Assembly: GCA_965216785.1 (NCBI GenBank)
Contig: OZ244197.1
Span: 256,001 to 320,000, forward strand
Length of the DNA: 64,000 bases
From: Thermodesulfobacteriota bacterium
Lineage (GTDB): Bacteria; Desulfobacterota_D; UBA1144; Nemesobacterales; UBA2774
Direction: 5' to 3'
The translations under genes and the position numbers were made by a program. The notes under the pieces are model-generated. The model was not told the DNA's origin. It did not search any database and was given only the letters and a program-made list of their open reading frames with translations. Shown one piece after another: positions 9,972-18,785 of this stretch. Numbering within the stretch: position 1 is the stretch's first letter; every line of letters begins with the position of its first letter.

Positions 9972-11528
9972 TTAGTTAGCTACGGCAGTTGCGCGTACTT
10001 CCCTAATAACAGTAATCTTCACCTGCCCGGGATAGGCAACTTCACGCTCTATCTTCTGGGCAATCTCATGTGAGAGGAGCGCCCCTTCTTCATCATTCAC
10101 CTTGGTGCTCTCCACAATAACCCTCACTTCGCGCCCGGCCTGTATCGCGTAGCATTTTTCGACTCCCCTGAAGGAGCCCGCGATGCTCTCAATATCTTCT
10201 ATACGCTTTACGTAGGCTTCATAGGTCTCGCGCCTCGCCCCCGGTCTTGCGGCTGAGATGGCGTCTGCGGCCTGTACGAGAATGGCCAATATGGACTGCG
10301 GCTGCGGGTCGTGCGCAAGCGCTACCGACTCTATGATGTCGTCAGACTCACCGTACTTTCTAACAAGGTCTTCACCAATGTCCACGTGAGAGCCTTCGAT
10401 CTCGTGGTCGACCGCTTTTCCTATGTCATGGAGCAAGCCCGCCCGCTTGGCAAGCTTTATATCGTAGCCGATTTCAGCTGCCAGTATCCCGCATATGAAC
10501 GATACTTCAATTGAGTGGTTCAGTATATTCTGTGAATAGCTCGTTCTGTATTTGAGCCTGCCAACGAGCTTAATAAGCTCGGGATGCATGCTGGCGATTC
10601 CTAGATCGAAGAGAGCTTCCTCGCCCGATTTCAGAATCGCACGGTCAACTTCTTTTTCCACGCTAGAAACGATCTCTTCGACGCGCGCCGGGTGGATCCT
10701 GCCGTCTTCGATTAATTTCTCAAGCGACATCCTGGCAACTTCACGCCTTATGGGATTAAGGGACGAGATCACAACGGTCTCGGGAGTATCGTCAATTATG
10801 ATATCCACGCCGGTTCTCGCCTCTATGGAGCGTATATTTCTCCCTTCACGTCCGATAATCCTGCCTTTCATATCGTCGTTTGGCAGATTGACTACGGATA
10901 TCGTCTTTTCGCTCGTATACTCACCCGCGTACTTTTGAATTGCCATAGCAATGATGTCTTTGGCTTTGCGCTCGGCGTCTTCATGAAGCTGGTCTTCCAT
11001 CTGTTTGAGTTTCTTGGCGGCTTCATGACGAGCTTCGTCTTCAATGATGTTTATAAGCTCGCTTCTGGCAGCCTCCTGGGTCATGCCGGCGATTTCCTCA
11101 ATCTTTTTCTTCGCCTCTACAATAACCTGATCGAGCTCTTCTTCTTTTCCGGCAAGAGAGGATTCCTTTTGAGCGAGCTCACGCTCTTTTTTCTGCATAT
11201 CGGCCTCTTTTTTATCAGCCGCTTCGAACTTCTTGTCCAGAGTTTCCTCTCTTTTCTGGAGCTTTTTCTCTATTCTCTGATGCTCTCTTTGTCTGTCTCT
11301 TGCCTCATTCTCAATCTGAGAGCTTCTTTTCTCTACTATCTCTTTGGCTTTAAGCTCTCCCTGAATTCTTATCTTATCGGCCTGCTGCTTTGCGGATTCG
11401 AGAATAACCTCTGCTTCATCTTTTTTAATACCAATTTTCTTTTTGAGCTGAATGAATCTGTAAAGGTAATGTACTGCGAACCCTAAAACAAAAGCTATGA
11501 CAGCAGCCGCAATTATCGACATTGTCAT
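9972..11528 (-). CDS. rny: Ribonuclease Y
   Basis: N-terminal TM helix, coiled coil, KH domain (KGRIIGREGRNI), HD domain (LLHDIGK) and SAARPGARRE; GGAGG SD. Confidence 0.97.
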   Translation of the reverse strand: MTMSIIAAAVIAFVLGFAVHYLYRFIQLKKKIGIKKDEAEVILESAKQQADKIRIQGELKAKEIVEKRSSQIENEARDRQREHQRIEKKLQKREETLDKKFEAADKKEADMQKKERELAQKESSLAGKEEELDQVIVEAKKKIEEIAGMTQEAARSELINIIEDEARHEAAKKLKQMEDQLHEDAERKAKDIIAMAIQKYAGEYTSEKTISVVNLPNDDMKGRIIGREGRNIRSIEARTGVDIIIDDTPETVVISSLNPIRREVARMSLEKLIEDGRIHPARVEEIVSSVEKEVDRAILKSGEEALFDLGIASMHPELIKLVGRLKYRTSYSQNILNHSIEVSFICGILAAEIGYDIKLAKRAGLLHDIGKAVDHEIEGSHVDIGEDLVRKYGESDDIIESVALAHDPQPQSILAILVQAADAISAARPGARRETYEAYVKRIEDIESIAGSFRGVEKCYAIQAGREVRVIVESTKVNDEEGALLSHEIAQKIEREVAYPGQVKITVIREVRATAVAN

Positions 11529-11529
11529 A

Positions 11530-12321
11530 TTAAACGCCTCCTAATTTACTACTACAAAAAACTATACCCTGCTCATGCACCAAAGTGCCTACATTAATAT
11601 CGTGGCATTGGGTAGGAATACTTTTCTGCAATTGAAATTTATATGAGATACCTATCCTTCTCTGTAGGGGTATAGAGTGTGCGAATCGGTCGTAGAACCC
11701 TTTACCGTACCCGAGCCTCGAGCCCGCGCTGTCAAATGCGACTCCGGGGAGCAGGAGAAGATCAAGCTCGCCGGGCTGAACCCGAGGAGCGCCGGAGTCA
11801 GGCTCCGGAACCCCGAATTTTCCCGGAGTAAGCTCGTCTAGACCAAACACCCTGTGAAAGGATAGGGAACTGCCTGAAACTTTTGGGAAATAAACCTCTT
11901 TTCCCAATTCTAATGCTTTAAAGAAAATGGAGTCGGTCCTTACCTCGCCTCTAATGGGAGAGTATAGAGCGATCCTATGAGATATCTTGAAACTATCTAA
12001 AGAGGTTAATTTTAGATATATTCCGTAACTCTTTTTTACTTGGTCACTTAAGGAGAGTGCAGAGCGCTCAAGCAACACACGCTCACGAATACTGTCTTTA
12101 TCTTCTGAAAGACCGCCGTTCCCTTTACTTACTCTTGAGAAAAACTCCTTTTCATTACATACATCATCTGTACTTGAATGTATCTTCCAGTTCTTCTGAT
12201 CTAAGTTCTTCTCTTTGAATACCTTCTTGATAACTAAAGGGTTCGCTGTCTTTAAGGGATCCTTCCAATATTTGAACCAATCTATTTGATCTCTGCTCAG
12301 ATGCGTCTTTGAATTCATCAA
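11530..12321 (-). CDS. ygfA: 5-formyltetrahydrofolate cyclo-ligase (YgfA); true start unresolved, see findings
   Basis: KDSIRERV, ALYSPIRGEV, GKFGVPEP and LLPGVAFD..GSRLGYGKGFYDR motifs; zapA-ygfA-rny gene order. Confidence 0.88.
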   Translation of the reverse strand: MMNSKTHLSRDQIDWFKYWKDPLKTANPLVIKKVFKEKNLDQKNWKIHSSTDDVCNEKEFFSRVSKGNGGLSEDKDSIRERVLLERSALSLSDQVKKSYGIYLKLTSLDSFKISHRIALYSPIRGEVRTDSIFFKALELGKEVYFPKVSGSSLSFHRVFGLDELTPGKFGVPEPDSGAPRVQPGELDLLLLPGVAFDSAGSRLGYGKGFYDRFAHSIPLQRRIGISYKFQLQKSIPTQCHDINVGTLVHEQGIVFCSSKLGGV

Positions 12322-12526
12322 AGTCTCTTCCTAACTTGAAGTAATCATCGGTAATCTTGAGCATGGCAACAAGAAATGAACGAGGTACCGCTATATTGCT
12401 CTCCTTTTCTGATATTTCTTTTACTTTTTCCTCGAGAAAAGATGCAATCTTCTGGACGTACTCTTCGTCCGCGTCGGTTTTAATAACGTACTCGGTATTT
12501 AGAAATTTTATGGTAAGCCTTTTCAT
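12164..12526 (-). CDS. zapA: Cell division protein ZapA
   Basis: TIKFLNTEYVIKTDADEEYVQKIASFLEEKV..VAMLKITDDYF pattern; gene order. Confidence 0.85.
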   Translation of the reverse strand: MKRLTIKFLNTEYVIKTDADEEYVQKIASFLEEKVKEISEKESNIAVPRSFLVAMLKITDDYFKLGRDFDEFKDASEQRSNRLVQILEGSLKDSEPFSYQEGIQREELRSEELEDTFKYR

Positions 12527-12527
12527 A

Positions 12528-12737
12528 TTAAGCTTCGGACCTGCTCAAATAAATTTCTACCTTTTCAATAACGCTATCTAACTTGGTTTTCATATCGTCA
12601 CGCTCTTTCTCCAGCTTCTTAATACTATCCCGAAGCTTAGAGACCTCTTCCATGAGGTTTTTATGCTCAACCTCAAGCTTTGTCTTCCTGGACAAAGCTT
12701 CTTTTATTTTGCCTTCAAGAATATCCATTGTTTCCAT
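12528..12737 (-). CDS. ZapB-like coiled-coil protein
   Basis: 69-aa continuous coiled coil ending 1 nt before zapA. Confidence 0.7.
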   Translation of the reverse strand: METMDILEGKIKEALSRKTKLEVEHKNLMEEVSKLRDSIKKLEKERDDMKTKLDSVIEKVEIYLSRSEA

Positions 12738-12805
12738 TGTCTTACCTGAACAAGTTTAATATTATCTTGAAATTTTTGCAAGTTATGTGAATATAATAAC
12801 CGAAA

Positions 12806-13879
12806 ATGGCAGAAGTTGGAATGTTAAAACGACTTGAAGAAGTCGAGAAAAAATATCTGGATATTGAGCAGTCTCTCAGTAAACCCGACATAAGCCCTCA
12901 GGAAATTCATAAGTTTTCAAAAGAGCTTTCAGACCTTGAGGAAGTTGTGAGCATATACCGGGATTACAAGAAAGTGCTCGAAGGCATAGAGGAAAATACG
13001 CCGCTCCTAAAAGACGAGGAGCTCGGTGAGCTTGCGCGCACGGAGCAAGAGGGGCTCGAAAAAGAGCGTGACGATCTTGAAAGTAAGCTTCATCTGCTGC
13101 TGCTCCCCAAAGACCCGAACGACTCTAAAAACGTGTTCCTGGAAATAAGGGCCGGCACGGGAGGGGACGAAGCCGCTCTATTCGCTGCGGACCTTTTCAG
13201 GATGTACTCACGATACGCGGAAGAAAAAAAATGGAAAGTCGAAGTAATCAACCTTAGCGAGACCGGCATCGGGGGGCTTAAAGAGGTCGTAGTCGCAATC
13301 GAAGGCAAAAACGTTTACAGCAGGCTTAAGTACGAGAGCGGAGTACACAGGGTCCAGAGAGTCCCCACCACCGAGACAGGCGGCAGGATACATACCTCTA
13401 CGGCAACGGTAGCCGTGCTGGCAGAGCCTGACGACGTCGAAGTAGAAGTAGACGAGAGAGAGCTTAAGATCGATACATACAGGGCTTCAGGTCCCGGCGG
13501 CCAGCACGTAAACAAGACCGACTCCGCAATAAGGATCACTCACTTACCGACAGGAATAGTAGTACAGTGCCAGGACGAGCGCTCGCAGCACAAAAACCGC
13601 GCGCACGCAATGAGGATGCTAAAAGTGAAGCTCTATGAAATAGAGGAGCAAAAGCGCCTGAGCGAAATTGCCGACACCCGTAAAAGCCAGGTAGGCACGG
13701 GAGAGCGCAGTGAGAAGATAAGGACCTATAACTTTAAAGACGGAAGGATCACCGATCACAGAATCGGTCTTACTCTCTATAAAATTGAGGCTATACTCGA
13801 AGGCGACCTGGACGAGATTGTAGATGCGCTCACCACCTATTATCAGACCGAGAGCCTAAAAGAAGCCGTATATTCTTAA
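12806..13879 (+). CDS. prfA: Peptide chain release factor 1
   Basis: GGQ motif (SGPGGQHVN), RF1-specific PxT motif (RVPTTE) and [11 protein letters not shown]. Confidence 0.97.
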   Translation: MAEVGMLKRLEEVEKKYLDIEQSLSKPDISPQEIHKFSKELSDLEEVVSIYRDYKKVLEGIEENTPLLKDEELGELARTEQEGLEKERDDLESKLHLLLLPKDPNDSKNVFLEIRAGTGGDEAALFAADLFRMYSRYAEEKKWKVEVINLSETGIGGLKEVVVAIEGKNVYSRLKYESGVHRVQRVPTTETGGRIHTSTATVAVLAEPDDVEVEVDERELKIDTYRASGPGGQHVNKTDSAIRITHLPTGIVVQCQDERSQHKNRAHAMRMLKVKLYEIEEQKRLSEIADTRKSQVGTGERSEKIRTYNFKDGRITDHRIGLTLYKIEAILEGDLDEIVDALTTYYQTESLKEAVYS

Positions 13880-14150
13880 CTGAGTAAATTATGCTCTTAA
13901 CAAGCTTAATTAAGTGAGGAAAACGCGCGGTCTCTCCCCGGTAATAAATCATTTATTACTCCCTAACAGCACCAAGTAGTTCTAAAGATCGATTTCCCGG
14001 CAATCTTTTTCTAAGAAATTCAAAATAATTAATTGCATCGAACAACCAACTTTGTTAGAGTGGTATTGATGGGGTTTGTTTTAATACCTTAAATCGTATT
14101 GAGTATCACGGAGAAGGGGTTATATATCATATTTCTCAGGAGGTGTACCT

Positions 14151-14525
14151 ATGTCAACCATAGGAAAGACTCAAATCACTATTATCTTTATAGCCCCTCC
14201 GGAACATGTAGCCGAAGGCGACCGCATTTTCCAAAGCCATGCTGCTTGGATGGAGAGAACACATCATAGGGATGGTGAGCTGGCACTGCTACGATACAAC
14301 ATTATCAAAGCACCCGAGCTTGAAAACCCGCTTGATCCGGGATCGGCACCGACCGGTAACACGATGTTCGTGCTGGACGAGATGTATGAAAACCAGGCCG
14401 GTCTGGACGATCACTGGAAACAAGCAGCTGAAAGCTGGGAAGACCTGGGAGCCATAGTAGAGTGGTCCAGTCAGTGCAAAGTCATAACTGCACACAACGG
14501 TGTAGCCATTCAAGGACTATGGTAA
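14151..14525 (+). CDS. Hypothetical protein, possibly dimeric alpha-beta barrel (ABM/Dabb-like)
   Basis: Strong AGGAGGT SD. FVLDEMYENQAGLDDHW resembles the E-x-Y/W...H segment of ABM folds. Confidence 0.7.
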   Translation: MSTIGKTQITIIFIAPPEHVAEGDRIFQSHAAWMERTHHRDGELALLRYNIIKAPELENPLDPGSAPTGNTMFVLDEMYENQAGLDDHWKQAAESWEDLGAIVEWSSQCKVITAHNGVAIQGLW

Positions 14526-14754
14526 GTTCGTAGTTAAACGCGCCCGGCATCAAGGCTAGAGGAACGAATACTTCAATACTACATTCAGCAAATCTTCTTC
14601 TGATACATGCCCGTTAACATATCACAACGAGAGTTAGAAGCAGGCTTTCTGTCGAAAACATATTTCTGAAAACACAAACCGATTGCAATTACACAATTTA
14701 AATCACGTATAGTTAGTAATAGTAAAATTTATCGTCACTACTTGGAGGAGAGGT

Positions 14755-15402
14755 ATGAAGTATATCATTCTACTTGCCGTTATTACTGCTCTATCATTTC
14801 AGCTTACCGGGTGTGAGAACCAAAGCAGCGCCCAGAGCGAGCAAGACGAGCTGGACCTGCTCAGGATCAATACTGATCTTACCCTAATCGGGATATACGC
14901 CCCCGAGGGCTCTGACCTGCTACTATGCAATCAGCCTTTTGCCCTATGTGCTGCCGCATTTTGCGAGGTTGAGCCCGGAGGTGAAATGGCCACCTGCACC
15001 TGCCCGGTGCTCACTGGGCCCGCAATCGGTGACCCTGAGGCTATGAGCATGTTCCAGCCCGAAGGTGGGAGCGGTTGCGACGCACCTGAGGAGCCCTTTA
15101 GCATATGGTCTTTCTTTCAGCCCAGGGAAAGAATCCCGCAAGCACCTAATTTTATGAACGAGCCTGCTCTCGGCATGGCCTGTCCTGCAGGGAACTTTGT
15201 AAACTGTTTCGGCTATCCATGTAAATGGGATGGGCAGTCGAGTCTTGCCACATGCACCTGTGAGGTTCTGAGTGGAGAATTCGGCACTCAAGCAGGGAAC
15301 TGCGACCCGAGTAACTGCGATGATAGCCCTTTTGGCATACCTTCAGGAGCCTCAACGCTCAACCCTTCGTTTGTGGCCCCTACAATGAGCTGCGGATTTT
15401 AG
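14755..15402 (+). CDS. Cysteine-rich lipoprotein of unknown function
   Basis: GGAGGAG SD, lipobox LTGC, 14 further Cys and two ATCTC repeats. Confidence 0.8.
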   Translation: MKYIILLAVITALSFQLTGCENQSSAQSEQDELDLLRINTDLTLIGIYAPEGSDLLLCNQPFALCAAAFCEVEPGGEMATCTCPVLTGPAIGDPEAMSMFQPEGGSGCDAPEEPFSIWSFFQPRERIPQAPNFMNEPALGMACPAGNFVNCFGYPCKWDGQSSLATCTCEVLSGEFGTQAGNCDPSNCDDSPFGIPSGASTLNPSFVAPTMSCGF

Positions 15403-15536
15403 GTTTTATATAAAATAGAGGATGAGAGACTTATTCATTCCGGATTCTTAGTTGGAAACATGGTTCTTGATGACAAAAACATCTTCAATTTTATAGGTTT
15501 CTTGTATTTAAAGAATGCGCCAAATACAATATAGCT

Positions 15537-16352
15537 ATGGATTTTTACTGGGCTACGGCTCTTTTGTACTTAATATCTTCAATTTTCTATACGAGTCATT
15601 TCTGGACTCAAAACGAAAGGGTGTGCACTTACGGATTCTACGCGATAGTGATTGGGGCATGTCTTCAGACCGTGAGTCTGATCATAGCGTATTCGGGGGG
15701 CGTATTAGTCACGGGAGGACTCGACAGCACACTATATATATTCGCGTGGCTAATAGCACTTGTATATATCGGCTCACAATTCGTGTTCAAGGCATCAATA
15801 TTCGGAGCGTTCGTTGCGCCCCTGGCGTTCATTATGACGCTCCCGCATGTGATATTGCCTCAGGGAATCATCGAGCACAACCCCACGCTATCCAATCCCT
15901 GGATATTGATACATATATTACTAATACTTCTTGGAGAGGCTTTATTTACCGTCGCATTCGTTTCGGGGATTTTTTACATCTTCCAGGAAAACAAGATTAA
16001 ATCTAAACACGTGGGAAGCTTTCTGAGGAAATTTCCTTCTCTCACCACTCTCGACAAAATAAACCACATATGCCTTGTTGTGGGGTTCCCGCTTCTCACC
16101 CTGGGGCTTGCGCTCGGACTGTTGCTTGCAAAAGAGATCTGGGGAAACGCGTGGACATGGGGATGGAAAGAGACTTGGTCGATTGTCACGTGGTTTCTGT
16201 ATGCGGTACTCATTCACGGAAGACTGGCTTCAGGGTGGAAAGGACGTAAGGCAGCCATTGGCGCGGTGCTCGGATTTTGCATCATACTCTTTACGCTTTT
16301 CGTAATTGGATTTCTTGCTCCCGGCCAGCACGACTTTCTGGGGAATTACTGA
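15537..16352 (+). CDS. Cytochrome c assembly / heme-handling membrane protein (CcsA/HemX/YpjD-like)
   Basis: About 8 TM helices, WILIH, FPSLTTLD, a Trp-rich WGNAWTWGWKETW loop, GWKGRKAA and a C-terminal His. Confidence 0.85.
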   Translation: MDFYWATALLYLISSIFYTSHFWTQNERVCTYGFYAIVIGACLQTVSLIIAYSGGVLVTGGLDSTLYIFAWLIALVYIGSQFVFKASIFGAFVAPLAFIMTLPHVILPQGIIEHNPTLSNPWILIHILLILLGEALFTVAFVSGIFYIFQENKIKSKHVGSFLRKFPSLTTLDKINHICLVVGFPLLTLGLALGLLLAKEIWGNAWTWGWKETWSIVTWFLYAVLIHGRLASGWKGRKAAIGAVLGFCIILFTLFVIGFLAPGQHDFLGNY

Positions 16353-16389
16353 TGCCGGCGAGAAGGCAATATCCACCGGCTGACAAGTG

Positions 16390-17538
16390 TTACCTGACCC
16401 TGTTTATTTCTGATAATTCACCGTCCGCAACCGATAGTATCAGGTAACGGGGAGAGACCTGAATACTGCCGTTTCTTTCCTTTTTAATTATGTATCCCGG
16501 ATCACCGTGGAGTGCCGCAAGCTTTTCAATAAGCCCTTTGCCCGGATTAGATATAGAATCAACCGATAGAATGAGCCTCGTAGCCAGATAGGACTGATAT
16601 TCAAGGTATGAAGGCTCTTTTTTAACTTTTGCACCAAAGCTTTTTAAGAACGCTTCCCAATCAGAGCCTCCATAGTAGAAAAAATCAGTGAATATCGCCC
16701 TATATACAAACCCGTCAATCTCCTCTCCGGCAAGGTCCTGAAACAGCGAGCCGTTCCAGGTGCTCGGACCCAAAAAGAGCACGTCGCTGAGCCCCCCCTT
16801 CTTTTTCAGCTGAACGATGACCTCTGCAGAAGCGCTCGAGCCGTCCGCAATGAAAACCCCCTCCGGCTTCTCTGAAGCAATCCACATTACCTCTTTCTCT
16901 ATATTTCTTTCTTTACTATCGTAGGAGCTTTCGTAAACCGTATTACCACCGTTTGTCCTGAGTGATTTTATAAACTCGTCTTTCATACGTTTCCCAAGAG
17001 AGGTATCCGGGTAGAGCACCGCGTATGAGCGTACGCCGAGCTCTTTTACGGCATACGAGGCGAGCACCCGGGCCTGCTCTTCCACGGGATAGTAAAATTT
17101 GATGATGTAAGGCCCGCCCGCGGACTCGTTCTCTGAAATAGGAAACACGAGTGTCGGGATTTTCTTATTGTTCACACCCGCGCTCACTGCGGGAATGAAT
17201 TTACTCGGCAGAGGCCCGATGATAAAAGACAGGTCGTCTATCTTTGTAAGGCTTGAAAGAGCGCTACTGAGCATAGCCTCGGAGTCACCTATATCCTTAA
17301 CTATCACACGGTACTCAACACCCGGGGGCATGGAATCGGTTGCGGCGAGTATTCCCCGGAGCGCTTTTTCTCCGACAATTTTGTATTTTCCGGACATAGG
17401 CAAAAGACAGCCAAAGGTTTTACTTGAAAGCACAACCGAAGGAGCAATGTCGTCCTGGGCTTGAACAACAGGGATTAATACATGGCTTGTTAAAACTGAG
17501 ACTAGAAAAAGTAATAGTATTTCTGGCAAGAATTTCAA
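16390..17538 (-). CDS. Periplasmic binding-protein type I fold protein (LpoA C-terminal/LppC-like)
   Basis: Signal peptide; GCLLPMSGKY..G, IIGPL and AVLYPDTSLG motifs. Confidence 0.7.
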   Translation of the reverse strand: MKFLPEILLLFLVSVLTSHVLIPVVQAQDDIAPSVVLSSKTFGCLLPMSGKYKIVGEKALRGILAATDSMPPGVEYRVIVKDIGDSEAMLSSALSSLTKIDDLSFIIGPLPSKFIPAVSAGVNNKKIPTLVFPISENESAGGPYIIKFYYPVEEQARVLASYAVKELGVRSYAVLYPDTSLGKRMKDEFIKSLRTNGGNTVYESSYDSKERNIEKEVMWIASEKPEGVFIADGSSASAEVIVQLKKKGGLSDVLFLGPSTWNGSLFQDLAGEEIDGFVYRAIFTDFFYYGGSDWEAFLKSFGAKVKKEPSYLEYQSYLATRLILSVDSISNPGKGLIEKLAALHGDPGYIIKKERNGSIQVSPRYLILSVADGELSEINRVR

Positions 17539-17732
17539 TCTATCGTCCTCAGTCGGAAATTATACAGCAGCAGAGGCGGCATTTAAATAAATCCGTAAAT
17601 TCACTAAAGCCCTTTTAAGTATTGAACTATTCGGCAGCCAAAATACGCTAATGCTATTAACTTCAACTTGTCTACCATGCAAGATGCTGTCATTACTTGA
17701 TAATATAATTGTGCACTTGCTAACAAATATGC

Positions 17733-17760
17733 TTGACAAAACCGGGCGGCATTTTATTAT
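17733..17760 (+). promoter_or_regulatory. Sigma70-type promoter of the pha operon
   Basis: TTGACA-N16-TATTAT. Confidence 0.55.
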
Positions 17761-17799
17761 TAATGTGATGATATACTTAGGACGAAGGAGTGATAACCC

Positions 17800-17907
17800 G
17801 TGCGCGTTAAGAAGCCAAAAATATGCAGTACTCCATCAGATAAAGAAGGCGCGCGCTCACTCATATCCGATGCTTTCTTTATTAAAATCCGCTTGGTAAA
17901 CTACTAA
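17800..17907 (+). CDS. Candidate 35-aa upstream small protein (MRVKKPKICSTPSDKEGARSLISDAFFIKIRLVNY)
   Basis: AAGGAG ends 9 nt before GTG 17800; lies between the promoter and the first pha gene; absent from the ORF track. Confidence 0.35.
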   Translation: MRVKKPKICSTPSDKEGARSLISDAFFIKIRLVNY

Positions 17908-17940
17908 ATATTATGAAATACTTTGCCCAGGGAGATTGAG

Positions 17941-18324
17941 TTGGAAAAGAAAAAGGATCACGAACAGCTTTATTACTTCGGCTATTTCAAGAAGCTCTAC
18001 GAGTCGTGGGAAGAATCCACCAATGTGATGATGGATATCTGGCTCAACAGCCCCTATATGGAAAGGGCCTTCGATAAGTCTCTCGAATTTAAGAATTACG
18101 TACAAAACTTCATGGAAGACACTTTGGAAAGCCGCTGCGAACCAAAGAAAGCACAGAAAGAAAGTAAAAACGATAAAGATAAACTAGTAGAATATATAGA
18201 TTCCCTCGAAGATAAAATACGCGAGCTCGAAGACAAAGTGAAGGAGCTCGAATCCAAACCCAAGAAAAAGACCCCGACGAGAAGGAAAAAGACAAAAGAC
18301 GCGGCGGTTAAGGAGACTAAATAG
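17941..18324 (+). CDS. PhaE/PhaR-like small protein with coiled coil and basic tail
   Basis: AGGGAG SD 6 nt before TTG 17941. FKKLYESWEESTNVMMDIWLNSP aligns with the next gene; tail is KPKKKTPTRRKKTK. Confidence 0.65.
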   Translation: MEKKKDHEQLYYFGYFKKLYESWEESTNVMMDIWLNSPYMERAFDKSLEFKNYVQNFMEDTLESRCEPKKAQKESKNDKDKLVEYIDSLEDKIRELEDKVKELESKPKKKTPTRRKKTKDAAVKETK

Positions 18325-18758
18325 TGAGCGATAAATCCTCTGATCAGGCAGAGCAGTACAAGAACTTTTACCAAGCCTGGGAAAAAACTATGACCGAGGC
18401 TATGGACATCTGGAAATCTAATCCTCTATTTAACGAAGACGCTAAGGAAGGCGCCGATAGCGCGGCTCATTACAAGAAGTTCTATGAAACATGGGAAAAG
18501 TCTTCATCAGAGATTATGGAGAAGTGGGTCAGCAGCCCTCTATTCGCCGCTAATATCGGTAAGGCTGTAGAGAAATCCTCGGAACTTAAGAAATATTTCG
18601 ACGAAGCGGTAGAAAAGACTCTTAAGAATATGAGGTTTCCGACAAAGAACGATGTAGACAGATTACACGCGTCCATCAACAACCTTGAAGAGAAGATAAA
18701 CGATCTCAATGATAAGATAGACGATATGAATAAACCAAGGAAAACATCAAGGAAATAG
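18324..18758 (+). CDS. PHA synthase accessory subunit (PhaE/PhaR-like)
   Basis: AAGGAG SD. LKNMRFPTKNDVDRLHASINNLEEKI matches the PhaE / class IV PhaR C-terminal PT-x-x-D motif; lies directly before phaC. Confidence 0.8.
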   Translation: MSDKSSDQAEQYKNFYQAWEKTMTEAMDIWKSNPLFNEDAKEGADSAAHYKKFYETWEKSSSEIMEKWVSSPLFAANIGKAVEKSSELKKYFDEAVEKTLKNMRFPTKNDVDRLHASINNLEEKINDLNDKIDDMNKPRKTSRK

Positions 18759-18785
18759 ACAAATTTAGGAGACGGGAAAAATTCG

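Noticed and set aside
12806-13879. prfB-type programmed frameshift
   Set aside because: The gene is RF1 (PxT motif) and is a single intact ORF.
17800-17941. Readthrough fusion of the upstream small ORF into the first pha gene, which shares its frame
   Set aside because: Two stops intervene (TAA 17905 and TGA 17914), and the pha gene has its own SD.
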